A stretch of 60,000 nt of DNA. Origin: Lama glama. Lineage: Eukaryota. The notes beneath the pieces were generated by a model. That model ran no database searches. It had not been told where the DNA came from and saw only the letters and a list, made by a program, of their open reading frames with translations. The DNA lies in assembly GCA_028534125.1 (NCBI GenBank), contig CM052816.1:19284001-19344000 (forward strand), in the 5' to 3' direction. Shown piece by piece: positions 1 to 12,860 of this stretch. Position 1 is the first letter of the stretch; each line of letters begins with the position of its first letter. The position numbers were made by a program, and so were the translations under genes.

Positions 1-229
1 CGAGGACCCAGAGTGGTCTGGCTTCTGTTCTCAGCGACACCCTCAACCTTCCATTGGCTGCATGGCCGCCTGAGAGGCAGGACGCCAAGAGAGGAGGCAT
101 CCTGTACATCATATTCCAGGGCAGGTTGGCTCAGGGGCCACAGATGAGGACCCAGGAAAGGTAGGAGGATCAGCCGAGGGACCTTCAAGAGACAGCCGCA
201 GGTCTGCCAGTCTGTGGGCCTTGGCTGGA

Positions 230-860
230 ACACGGAGGCTGCCACAGAGAAGTCATTAACAATTGGAGCCCGGGTTTGGAAGCCAGGCCTGGCAAGTCCT
301 ACCAGCGCGGCTCCTCCCGGCGTCACCACCGCAGGCGGCCAACAGGTGGCAGGAGAGCTTCGGGGAGCGCTCACCTGAGGGCCGTGACTCGCCGGCCTCC
401 GCAACCGGCAAAGGCCGAGGTCTCGCTCAAACACCACGGGAAGGAAGGGACCCCCGGGAAGGACGAGCCAGAAAGGAAGGAGCAGAATGGACGCGTGGGA
501 GCCAGCCAGCTGGGGCTCTCCTTCCGCCCGCGGCGCAGAGAAGGCGCTCCAGGCTCGGGCCCCGCATCTCCCACCTACCCCCCGCCCCCAGAGAAAGAGG
601 GGAGACTTTGCTTGGTGCGAACCCGTGTGGCGGGAGGACCCGGACCCAGAGAGTCCCGATGCAGGGTCCCCCAGCTTGGCATCCCGCCGGGCAGACCGGA
701 GACCAGGACCCGTCGGATCCTCTGATCTGGGCTCATCCTCTGTCCGCAGCCGGGTTTAGAATTACTCGTAAAGATCAAGAGTCCGGAGCGGGAAGTGGCT
801 GACGGAGGTGAGAGAGGCAGCCCAGAGATACGGGGTCGTGGCTGTCATCGGCACCCCTTC
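230..860. promoter_or_regulatory. CpG-island-like segment (candidate promoter/regulatory island)
   Basis: High GC with many retained CpGs (e.g. gcgcgg, ccggcg, cgcccgcggcgc) against CpG-depleted flanks; no repeat recognised. Confidence 0.65.
337..352 (+). promoter_or_regulatory. Candidate CTCF site / CAGGTG E-box
   Basis: GGCCAACAGGTGGCAG matches CCASYAGRKGGCRS at all but one position; motif match only. Confidence 0.35.
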
Positions 861-3800
861 TTGGCTTCTTGCTACAAGCAGTGACGATAAAATTACGTTT
901 TTTAAGAACCCAAACGGTAACAGAGGAATCTTGCTTGCCTCTTTATAAATAACTGCAGCATTTCCTACCACCAAATTCCAAAGCTAACAGAGGGAACCCC
1001 TTCAGCAATGCCACAACACTTTGTTATGTATGGCCTCACACGTTACAGACAGTGAAAGGAATCCATCAGGTTTAATTGGTTCTGCTCTGGTCAGAACTGA
1101 GGTCTCTAGAAGCCTCCCATATACTTAACAATTTTCAGTTTGAGAACCCTAAACTAATGATGTGAAGCTAATGTAGTGTAGCACAAAGTGCCCTCTCTGC
1201 CAGTAGGAAATAATTTCTGCAGTGCTTCTAAAAACCAAACCAAACCAAACAAATAAATCAAATGATTTTACAATGTGGAAAAGCCATGAGCGGGCTGGGC
1301 TGGAGCTCTGTTTGGGGGAAGCAGGCGGTTTGGGCGGCTCGGAGCGTGTCAGCCACCGGCCACGAGCTGCTTTGCTGGGCTCGGGGTGCCTGCAGCTGGG
1401 AGCATTCGAGCCTCTGGCCCAGCACTCACAGGAAAACAATCTGGGCCACAAATTCAAAATGACAGTTTTAACAAATACGATTTCAGCTTTTATATTTGGA
1501 TTTAGGAAGGGGATGATGGCCTTCCCCAGGAATCACTATTAAATAATAAGCTTATAACATATTTGCTGATGGCAAGATAGACCCTGCTTCAAATTAACTT
1601 TAAAACGTGCTGCTGATATGGCTTGTACTTAGAAGGAAAACAAAGCTGGCGACTGGGTAGATTTAGTCTAGGGGCAAACGTACAGAAATGTACACAAAGC
1701 TGATCAGCGCTTTTGCTACCTGAACGGCTGGCCAAAGGAGCCTTTAACATTTAAGTTGGTTTCTTGAAGATTTCCAAGAAAACTTTTTTTCCCTAAACTG
1801 ATTAGAATATTTTTTTTTAACAATTAAAGCAGGGTCAAGCTCTGACAATTTCACCGTCTCGGAAGTTGCAGACATTTTTTAATGCATTTACTTTATTGTG
1901 AAATTGCAATTTGTTAATGAAAGAGAATTGGTTGCATCTGTCTGTTTACAAGTTTTTAATATCCACCAGTCATTTGACCAATGTAGAAAGCAAATAAATA
2001 TTTTCCCCCCATGTCATTTTTTTAATTTCCCAGAAACAAGCATTCCTTTATTATCTGTGACCTACTCAAATGAGAATTATTGTTAAAGAGTTGCAGGTTT
2101 TCGTACCTGCTGGAGTGTTTAAAGCGCAAAGCGCCATATTTCTCTGGAACAGTTTTGTTGAGCTTAAATACAGTCTTACCTGCCTATCTTATATTACTTG
2201 GGGCTAGGTAACATAGATCACTTTGGAAAAGATAAACAGGCTACCTCAAAGAAAAGAAAAATAACTAGTAAGGATGCCTTTGGTGGCAGCAGGCAGAAAG
2301 AGACTATTATCCGAGTGCTAGAAAAATACTCGTATATTTTGGAAAATGCAAACAGATAAAGGGGCAGACCTGTGAGGAATTAACTAAAAATGCAAATAAT
2401 ACAACCAGCTGTCTGTTGCTCCACGTCCATGTTGGGCTTCAAGGGGAAAAGTTCACACAAAATTGAGTTTGCATTTATTGAAGAAACTAAGGTGATTTGA
2501 ATCAAACTGACGATGTAGGTCTACAAATCATTTATTACTCACTCATCCACTAGGAGGAAAGCGGCTATAGGAACTTTTTGTAGGTGGACCTTTGCATTTC
2601 TGAGAGCAGAGGCACAAAAGAGAAGCCTTCGTTGCTGTTGTTTAGAAATGATTACGGCTAATACCTGACCACGGCTGATTTTCCTGTCGTTCACCACTTT
2701 AACATCGGAAGCATGTGATCGACCTCCAGATGCCCATTATTAATTGCACGCTCTTTGATGTCTGAACGACGATGTAATCTACAAAGGCATTAACATAAGA
2801 AAATAATGCCTCCTGAAAAATTCCCAAGTCACTGCCCAGTGAACTGCATGTTCCCCATTCGTTCACTCATGATCTGGGGGCACCATGAAGATACCCCCAA
2901 GCCCCAGACATTTGCCAAAAGTTTTGGCAAAAAAAAAAAAATTTAAAAACTTATCTAAAATTTTTACTTCATGCAGGGAGAAAATAACACATTTGCTTAT
3001 TCCAGAATCATCTATATAATTAAAAGTAACAAATTTCTAAAATGCTTATGGTTCAGGAATTTGCATGAGCAGAACTAGAAAGCAAGAAAAAGACACAGAG
3101 TTGGGGGGGTGGAGATAGGAAAACAAAGGTTCAGCAGTTCCACTGGACAAGTGAATAAAAGGCCACCTCGCTACCAATGCCTACACTTCACTGATGTTTA
3201 TTTTCTCCCAAGAGACAACTTTATTTTTTAAGGGCTTATCATGAGGAAAATCGCTGACTATAGGTAAATTTCTTTTCTCAGGCGGAACTCAGAAAGAGAT
3301 TGTTCTAACATGGTTTCTCGTGTGCAATTTCAAAACAAATAGAGTTTTGTTTTTACAAACCATTTATTTGGGGGGATTTATTTGAAGAAAAATTTTCCTT
3401 TGCAAAGAAAAATTTTTAAAAAGCTACATGTGCAGATTACTTGACCCACTGCCTATCATAACATCTTTACACATCTCAAGGATTTAACATAGTGAAAGGA
3501 AAAGAGTAAAGAGGGTTTGAAGGGCAGCCCAGCGTGGCTTGCATGGATGGCTGCTTTCCTATGGAGGGCTCAGGAACATCCATCCCAGAAATATTTGTTT
3601 ATCATGAAAAAATATTTGAGCCACCAAATATTGAATTCTTTCACATTTTTGGGCAAAGTCTTTGCCATCTGGAATTAAGTATGTTAGTGAAGCTTGTATT
3701 TTCAAATATTAGATTTTCTATCGTTCTATGAAACTCTCTCAAGCACAGAACAGAATAATCTCACCTTTCCAAAAATAGAAGTGGAACAAGACAACTGAAA

Positions 3801-6800
3801 ATGAGAATTTTGAAAGAAAAAGAACTATTTTCAAAGAGGGGAGCTGAAAAAAAAATTATCACACTGCATATCTTTCTTGGAGTTCAACTAAATAACCTCT
3901 GACAGAGCTACAGAAAGAGAAAACAACGGATTGGGTATTTGCTATCTGAAATGATGCACAATTAAAAGCAGAGTAAATATTTAAAACAATCTTCCTGCTC
4001 AAAAGAAGAATTGGAAAAGTATACATTTATAGCCAGGAATCTTGGAATCTCGATTTTCCTGCTCTTAGACTTTGGAGGGGTGGAGATAGAGTTTCCCACC
4101 ATTTAACGATTCCCTTTGCAAATAATATCATGACTTCTGCGTGTACAAGCCCCGCAAACAGAACGATGTATTAGCTAAATGTAAGCCCTCTCTGAGTTCC
4201 CAGTAAATCTAAATATGTACGAAATTAAAATTGAAACAAGGAACAAGTCTAGTGTTAGTCCTTTCAAAATACTAATTTAATAACTCTCCAAGAAATAGAG
4301 TGTTTTAGGAAAGGCAACCCAGATGTCAGCATATAAAATCAAGCTATAAAGTGCCCTTCAAATATATTTCAATCATTTTTAAATATTTACATTTAATAAG
4401 GACAAGTTTTTATGGCAAGAGAGAGGTAATTACACTTATCATTCATGGAAAAATGTAGTTTTAATGGCTTGTACATTGATTTGCAAAGGTGAAATAGTAA
4501 CCTAAAATATGTCATTGTCTTTTTTTCCCCTTCTGTTCAGCAATTTGTTGTTTTTGCAAAAGCAAAATATGAAATGCTGGATGTGCCAGCGTTAGGGCTG
4601 GAGAGGAAGGAAAGCCATTGTTAAAAAATATTCACACTCACACACTCTCCCCTGTTTGCTCGATGTCTCCTATTATACTAAACTGAAACCCCAAGTATTT
4701 GTGCTTTGGGGGATAATTAGAAGAATCTTATCGGACTTTTATAGCCCTTCCTAATGAGGCTATTTATTTGGCAAACATTAGCCAGCCAAGGATTAGTAAC
4801 ACCTCGATATGGACCTTATTGAAGCTGCTAGCCCCCTGCCCACTCGACACAAAAGCCTATCTTATCGGCAGAACAGGCTTGGTGCGGGCAAGACGCGGCT
4901 TCTGAAAATTCACCAGGGGTCAGCCTTCATTAGTCACAGCTTCTGAGACCAGGGGCCGAGGCAAATTCAGGTTTGGCCACTTTGAGGCCAGTAACCCTGA
5001 TGGAGCTCAGCACGGGGGGTTGCTGGGAAGACGGGGAAGGGCAGGAACTCAGGAATCCTCTGGGTCCGTCTTGGGGGAAATGTGACTGACATTCAGCATG
5101 CAACTGCCCCTGGGAAGGACCCAGGCCTCCAAGTCCTAGGGGCCTTCCTCCTTACAAGGAAATAGATACACTTCAGGGATCTCCAAGAGCAAAACGAAAT
5201 AGGCTTTCTCTACCGGTCCGCGCCAGCTGGGAGAGCAAGTCAAAGAGAACGGGTTACCTGTCCTAAAATACCTCACTCCTAGCTCAAGCCCTCTTTATTT
5301 TGATGCTTTGACATAATCGCAGAGAAAGAGCATTCATCTGATTCAAGGTAATTTTTAAAAGTGATTTAAGATGAATTCATAAATAAAATACTCTCACCTC
5401 TGGCAGAGAGGGCAAAGGGCTTTTGCATGTCTGGACGGGGAAGTCCTGACACATTCTGGGACTCTAAGAAGGGCACACTAGAGAAATAAACAAACCGTTC
5501 AGGCCAGCTTTTCAAAATCCGCCAACGTGGAATTCCCAGTCCAAGGCTTCTGACTTCATTTTGGGCAACTAGGCTGGAGGGGACAACCCTGAGGTGGGAT
5601 GACAGGGGTTAGGTTTGCAAATGACCTAAGGTGGATAAATATTTGTAAAACACTTTGAGAATTAACGAGCTACACAAGCACCCCGGCTACAGAAAAGGCC
5701 TCCATTCCCTCACTTAGGAAATTTTTCAGGGGAGCTAATATTTGAAGCCCAAGACAAAAACGTGGCCTGAAGAAGCAGACCCCTACAGACAGGCCCACGG
5801 CCAGGCTCCGGGTGGCAGAAGATTCCATAAAGAACACTCTATGGTGAGCATGCCCCGGGAGAGGAATCGCTGAACTCCGATTTCTGCTGGCACAAGGTAG
5901 CCCCTTCTCCAGTGGGGAGCCCACCTGTGGGGTCTCTCTCGGACTGCTAGATAATCACTCCTTTCTGGTGAAGCCACTGGACCCCCAGAAGAATGCCAGG
6001 GCAAAATGGCCGGTGTGGAAGGCTGCCACCCCCTCCTCCTCTATTGTCAAGGCCAGGGCTTGGAAGGGTGGGAGGACTGAGGCTGTCAGCTCGGCCTCAC
6101 TCTTTGCTAAGACAGGCACCCCAACCACAAAAACAACCCTTGCAACTGGCACCGCTTCTACTGCCATGACAACCAGCGCTTCTAGAAAGGCTAACGCATT
6201 GGTTGGGGACTCACAACCAAATTAACATTTCCACAGTTCGTTGTGCTCCTCACTCATCCCCGACTCCTCCTCTGGGACCATCAAGAGCTCCAGCCCCTGG
6301 GGGCCAGGTGACTACATAGCAACACGAGCCCACAGCTGCTGGATTCCACCCTACACACCAATGCCCCAAATGCTGGGCCAGGTGAGTCCCCCAACATGTC
6401 CGCTGGGTTTCTATAGCAACAGAATGTCTGTCAGACAGAGGTCTCCACAGAGGGGAGGGGAAGCAGAAAGGGTAGTTTTCCATTCCTGGCAGGCTGTGGG
6501 GGGAGAGAAGAATTTAGGGCCCCTCTGCCCAAAATGCCACAACGATGAGATGCTGCTGGCGTGTAGACAGATCTGAAGCCACGGATTCTGCCAGCCATCC
6601 AACCTGAAACCCACAGCCCCTCAAACGTGTGCTCAGCTTGACTGAGTAGGCAGGTCTCTAAACTGCCCTCAAGAGCAATGAGGAACACGCAATGAGGATC
6701 CAGTCTCTGGATCACAGATGGGCAGGGGGAGGTGGGCGGAGTAGGGGGGAGGACATGACGAGAGCTCGGTCTAAACTTTGGCCTCTTGGACACGTCTTTG

Positions 6801-8119
6801 GCCGTGTCGGCCTCACAGGCTGGGTGAGATCTCTGTTCCTGACTGTCTGAGTCAGTAACAATTTGCAGTGAGGGCCTATTCCGCAAACTGAGAGAGACTG
6901 GAGATGGGCTATTAGCTGCAGCTCTTTTCATGTGGAATTACTTCTACTGGCACTAATACGCCATCATTTGAAAGCCTTAACCCAAACGGACGGGCGTCCG
7001 CCCCAAGCCAGGGCTGCCTGGACCGAGGCAGCGGTCTCCATGTGCTAGCTATTACCAGGTTGTTTGGTCCTGTCCCCAGTCGGCATTTGTTGCCGTGCAC
7101 CAAGAAACTGCTGTCAGGAAATGTTCTTTTCTAAATTACATAATTAGGGTATTGGGGAGCGTAGTGAAGGCAGATTAGGGGGGCATCACTGTTCTTACTG
7201 CGAGCTATGATTCAAAGCACATAAGTAAACACTTAAACTACGTGAATGGTTTAATATTGATTAAACAATGACCTCCAAGACTAAGCTCTAGCATGGCAGG
7301 TAGAAGGAGCTAGGAGGAGAAAAAACAAAGAATCTGCTAAAGAGTGTGCACTGATTTACAGAGAAGTGTGGACTTTGACCTGGCAGATCAAAATCAGGAT
7401 TTGGCATGATTACCTAAAATAAAGTCCTAGGGTCCCGCCCCTGCAAGCTGATGGTAGGGCTGGGGGCTAAATAGTCAGGGTCGGGGGTCAAGTTCTTCCC
7501 TCAGAAAGACCAGCTTCTCACTCACACCCACTTCCAGAAATGGAGACTCAGGCAAAGTGCTGGCTCAAATTGCGTTTCATTTATTGTTTCTAACTACGGG
7601 CCACGGACTTCAACTTGATTAGAAAATTGTGCTGACGCTTCCTGTGAAGTGTATCCTGAGCCTTCCAGAGGAACTTCAGGAGTTTTCTGCATGCACCCAG
7701 AATGGTACTCCCACTGCTGGCAGTGCCCTTGGTTACACATGTGCCCAGATGCCCAGACAGGTGGAGGGGCCGCCCTGGAGAAACAGAAGTCTGGGCAGGA
7801 GACTCAGTGAAGGAAGGGCTGCAGAGCAGTGCAGGTTCCCAGAATCCCTGAGGGTGGGGCAGGCAGGCCCCGGCAGGGTGTGGTTCAGAGAGCAGCTCCC
7901 CACTCATTTCTGGGGACCAGCCACCCAGCTTGTCACAGGGTCTGTGCCAAGGGGAAGCCCAAAGCCACCTCTGACCTCATCTGCGTGCAGACCTCGGCAT
8001 CCTGTCAGCACCCTTCCTCCTGGCCTGTCTTCTGTGTTTGCTCTCCCTCCCTCTCATCTGGATTCAGGGCAGGACACTGCTGGCTAAGTGGGTAGAAGGT
8101 GACCAAGGCATAAGAATAC

Positions 8120-8570
8120 CAATAATAAAAACTACTGAGGGGTTTTAAAAGCTCACTCTGCACTAAGCATCTTAAATGCACTTTTCATCACAACACGGGA
8201 TCCCAACAGCCCTTTGTGGTAGGTATTATTATCTCCCCCCATTACTTAGGTGACAAAAAAGATGAGGTTCAGGAAGAGTGATCTGCCCAAGATCACACAG
8301 CAATTCTCTAACTCTCATTTGACAAACGCTTAGAGAGCTCTTCCTTTGTGCTGGGTGATGTTCTAAACATTTTACAAATATGAACTGATTAAATCCTCAA
8401 CGCAACCTTGAGGAATAGGTATTATTATTATTATCATCATCTCCATTTTAAAAAGAACGAACTGAGGCACAGAGAGGTTAAGTTACTTGCCTCAGGTTGC
8501 ACAGCCAAGAAGTGATTAAGCCAGGATTCTTCCCTGGGCAGTTTGACCCCAAAGCTCAATTTCATAACCT
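8120..8570 (-). mobile_element. Two adjacent MIR SINE fragments
   Basis: MIR core in reverse: actgaggcacagagaggttaagttacttgcctcaggttgcacagc, and tctgcccaagatcacacagc. Confidence 0.85.
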
Positions 8571-9460
8571 CTCCAAAAAACTGAAGGCAGTCCTCAACAA
8601 AAGAAGGAACTCTGCCCTCCTGCCATAAGCAAGTGCCTCGGTGACAAGAATAGCCATGGTGGCACTGTGCTGACGTGAAGAGAGGACAACTCGGAGAGTC
8701 TAGAGGCAGGGCTCTGCTGTGTGGTAATCAGTGAAGCACCTCCCCTCCTTGGCCTCACTTACCACGTGGAATTTAAGGGACTGGAGCCCAGGGACCCTCC
8801 ATTTTCTCAGCCTCAGCCTCAAGAGGACTAACAGGGTGCAGGTAAGGCTAGGAACCAGGGAGCTGGGGGAAGGAGAACCTGCCCTGTTCCTTCTCAGCCC
8901 TCCTCCCTGCACCCCGTCGCCCTCCCGCTGGAGCCAAGCCTGGCAGAGGGGTGGGCAGATCTCTAATGGGAAATACATAGTCACCCCTTCCCCCCTCCCA
9001 TCTGCACAGATGCTCGGGCTCCTCACACAGCCACCTCCATGATGTTTTCATCTCCGCCAATGCTCTGCGAAACCAATAGGCACAAGATGCAGAAGGGGGT
9101 ACAAAGTGAAAATCCCGCAAAGATTAGTTTCTTCTCATTTATACGTTCAAAATATGGCCAAAGAGTACAAATAAACATCTCCCTCCCATCCACTGCTGTA
9201 AACAGCTGAAGGGCTGTGCATGGAGAACCCATCAGGATGCCTTGGACGAAGCCCTCCAGCTCAGCCACAGCCCAGCCCCGGGCCCCAGAGCCCCACGGCC
9301 TTCCTCTTCTCAGGGCTGGGCCAGCAGCTGGCCCTGGGGTCATCTGAGGATCTCCCTCTCTTCATGTTGCCTGTGGCTCAAAGGCTCTGCTGCCACCTCC
9401 CAACCTTGAACAACCCCCGACAGCTGGGCTGTGCCAGAAGTTTGGGTTCGCCACCATACA

Positions 9461-10107
9461 CAGCTGATGCTCATTATTTGCAGATTCCAGCTATGTAATT
9501 CACCTACTTGCTAAAACTGATCAGTAGCCCCCATCATCAGTACCCCCGCTACCTACATGGGCAGGTGTGGACATGCACAGAGCAGCGAAAACTGCACAAT
9601 CCCTACAAGCACAGCCCCGGGTGAGGTGGGACAAGGCGACGCTCTGCCTTCCTGCTTCAGCTCTGCTACTACAAGCAAGCATTCTCTCCATCGTCTGCAT
9701 AGTGCCATGTTTTCTGCATTGTCGGGCTTTTTCTCAGTCTTGCTGATTAAAATGGCCCCTAGTTGTAGTGCAGAAATGCCATCTAGTATTCCCAAGTGCA
9801 AGAGTGCCGCGGCGCGCCCTACAGAGTCCACTCCTGGGCTAGTAAGCTTTGTCCAGGCAGGAGTGATTGTGCTATTGATCGTGACTTTAATGTCAATCAA
9901 TTAAATACACATACACTAAAGAAGGTGTCTTTAAACAGAACCCCACATAAACAAGGTTATGTATCGATCAGTTGATGACTATGTTGGGACCACAGGCTCG
10001 CAGGAACCAAACCCTATGTTTCCCGTAGAAGCAGCAGTTCAGTATTTGCTATCGCAGTGTCATAGTGACTTTTGAGAACACAACCACTGAGAAATAAGAA
10101 CGGGAGT
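9461..10107 (+). mobile_element. MER82-like TcMar-Tigger DNA transposon, near full length
   Basis: Colinear with recalled MER82 consensus: cagctgatgctcattatttgcagattcc ... acaaggcgacgctctgccttc ... aaaatggcccc ... ggtgtctttaaacagaa ... gctcgcaggaacc. Confidence 0.85.
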
Positions 10108-12689
10108 TTCATTCCTACTGAAGGTGCCTGGACCCATCAAGGCAGGTGAGATTTAAGGAGATACAGGGCCAACAGCTGATGTCAGCACTATTCATGCAGC
10201 ACTGTCTTCCCAGACCGGGGCCGGCCCCTGTTACCTTACAGAACCTTGTTTTTGTCTTTAATAACAGTGTTTAAAATAGTAATAATGGCCACTAACACCT
10301 ACTGAACACTTACTGGAAGGCAGGTACATACTAATGGCTTCACACTTGCCACACAATACTTTGTCTAACCCTCTTGTGCTCGTGAACTTGGGTGGCTTCA
10401 AGCCTCCTGCCCGAGGGAACTTATGCTGTCAAAGCAAGTGGCCAGCACACTCAGTGTCATGGGCTCCTCAAGGGGATGGCCGGCCTGCCTGGGAAGAGCC
10501 ATGCTCCAAGGGTTTTGAGACCATTTTCCAGCCCTGGGGTACACGGTGGTGAATGGAGGAACCAGGCATTCAGCCCAGCCTTAAGAGAGTGGCCTGAGAG
10601 GGCAACCAGCCTGTCCCCAAGCTGTGCTCCAAGCCTGCCACCACCAAGCCCTGGGCCGCTGCAGGGCAGTGCTGCCCCTCTGCTCACATGTGTCAGGTGC
10701 CATACTGACTTCCCTGACCTTGTGTGATGGACGAGGCAACTCGCCTCTCCAGCCCAGCCCGGCACAGTGGAAGAGCCCAGACCCCAGCTCGAGTGCAGTC
10801 GCGGCCACAGTGCCACCCTGGCTGAGATCCGAAAGCCTGAGAGTGGCGCCACTTGGCACCCAGGTGGCCCTGGACAACTGTCAGCCTCCCCATGTGACCC
10901 TCAGCAAACAACTCACTTCTACCAACTCTGGTTTTTCTCATCTGTTAAGAAAAGGGAGTATTTTCTTTCCTGCTTCCAAGTTTTCACATCTACTATCTCA
11001 CAATTCAAGGAGACCTACAGGCAGAACTGGTGAAGAGTATGTAGACAGTGATTGTTACTGTTGCTGATAAAATTAGATGAACTCTAAAAAGAAACAAAGT
11101 GGCAGCACTAATCATCTCATTTTTCACATTTTCCACTAAAGCAGGATAGGTTGGACCCCTCAAAAGGAAAAGCCAAATTCTCAAAGTATTCCTGCCACTG
11201 AGCTCCCCATGGAAGGAGGCATACGAGGCACTCACTGACCAGTCATGGTGCTGATCACTGACGGTGCTACTCACAGGCAGCAACAGTGAGAAAAGCTCAG
11301 AAACAGCCCCCTGAAAGGTAAAGAGAGGGAGCAGAAGGCCCGTCTTCAACTGAGGCTCAGAGAGGATATAAATAGGGCTGAGCAGCAGGAGGAGGGCCAG
11401 GACAACTCTCTCCTCCTGCTGTGAGGTGGGAGCTGTGACCCCAGCGTCCCAACAGCCCCACCTGCCTGTCGGCTGCCCTGCCGGAAACTCCACGGGGCCC
11501 AAGCCCAGACAGCAGGAGCCCAGGTAAGCCGCCCCAGGTGCAGAAGTGACCTTGGCTGCAGGAAGTCCTGTCTCCTGCCTGCAGCTAATTGCAGCCGCTG
11601 CAGAGGAGCCGACCTAATTACACAAAAGTATGTGGCTCCCACATTCCTGGGCCACCACACACTCTCACACATCTCGCAGGAGATGCAGCCCCAGACTCTT
11701 GCTCCGGCCCAAGCCCCTAAAGGGTTCCACTGAGCCCCCAAAGATGGTCCCCTCTCCTGCAGCTCTCTAGAAGCTCTTTGGGGCTGCCCCGCCAGCAATT
11801 CCCTCCTCTCTCCCTTGCCTGCCTCTGAGGCACTTAACCCTCATCTTTGTGTAATGTAAATATTTAATCCCATACATTTAGGATCTGCCCATCACCTGCC
11901 TCCAGCCTGTTCTCTCCTCATCCAAACGGTCTCCCTGCCAGACACAGTAGTAAGAGCAGGACTCTGAGGGGCTCCCCCATGCTGCAGAGCTCCCTACTCA
12001 GCCTGGCACCCAGCGAGCACTTCACCATCCATGGGGGTGACAGGTGCTGCCACTTACGAGTTGCACAACCCAGGGCGATGCGCGTTTTCTGAGCTTCAGC
12101 TTTCTCATCTGTCACACGGCACTGACACCACCTACTCGGCAGAGGTGTTTGGAGACAAGTCCATTGTGGTGCCTGGCATATGACAGGTCCTCCATGAACG
12201 GTTATTGAATTGAATTGTGTGCTTTACACCTGCTGAACGCTTACGATGGGCCAGGGGCTTGCGAATCTAAGGAGGCTTGTCCATCCATGCGTAAGTACCC
12301 CTTCCTCCCGGCACCCACTCTAGAAGGCTTCCATGTCTGCCAGCCTGTTCCTGCCACTTCTGTGATGCAGAATCAGGACATGGTGGGCAGGACAGAGGAA
12401 AGATGAAACTAGAGAAAGGCTCAGTTGGAGAAGCAGCCCATCTAGATCATAAAGAGCTGGGGCGGGAGGTGCACAGAGAAAAGGGCAAGCTGGTGTAGGG
12501 GGACCTGCAGCCGGGCACAGGGCCCCCAGTGTGCTGCTGGGGCCGCAGGACAGGGGCTCCCAACATTCAGCTCTCCTTCAAAGGACAATAAAAGGCTTCT
12601 AAAAAGCTTTCTAATTACCTCTGGCTGCGCGACTGTGCAGAGGCCTGGCCACGTGGGGCCTTGAGGCTATGAGGGTTACACAGCCATTA

Positions 12690-12860
12690 TCTTTAAATGC
12701 CCACAACATCCCTGAGGCCTATTTATGCCTGCATTAAACAGATGAGGAAACCAAGGTTCAGAAAGGTTAAACAACTGGCCTGAGGTTACACAGCAAGTAA
12801 GAGTCCCAGCCAGGCCTCCCCCCACGCAGATCTGCTGTTTTCTGAGCCTGTGCTCCAAAC
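12690..12860 (-). mobile_element. MIR SINE
   Basis: acagatgaggaaaccaaggttcagaaaggttaaacaactggcctgaggttacacagc. Confidence 0.85.

Noticed and set aside
35..160. Possible 126-nt plus-strand exon (ttctcag| ... aag|gtagga), open in one frame
   Set aside because: Peptide not recognised, no partner exons found, and such signal pairs occur by chance
263..802. 179-aa and overlapping ORFs in the CpG island
   Set aside because: Low-complexity R/G/P/A translations expected from GC-rich DNA; non-ATG start; no recognisable domain
6431..6931. 166-aa ATG-initiated minus-strand ORF
   Set aside because: No recognisable homology or convincing splice context; length is within chance expectation
9557..9904. 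ORF containing MAPSCSAEMPSSIPKCK
   Set aside because: Decayed Tigger transposase N-terminus inside MER82, not a host gene
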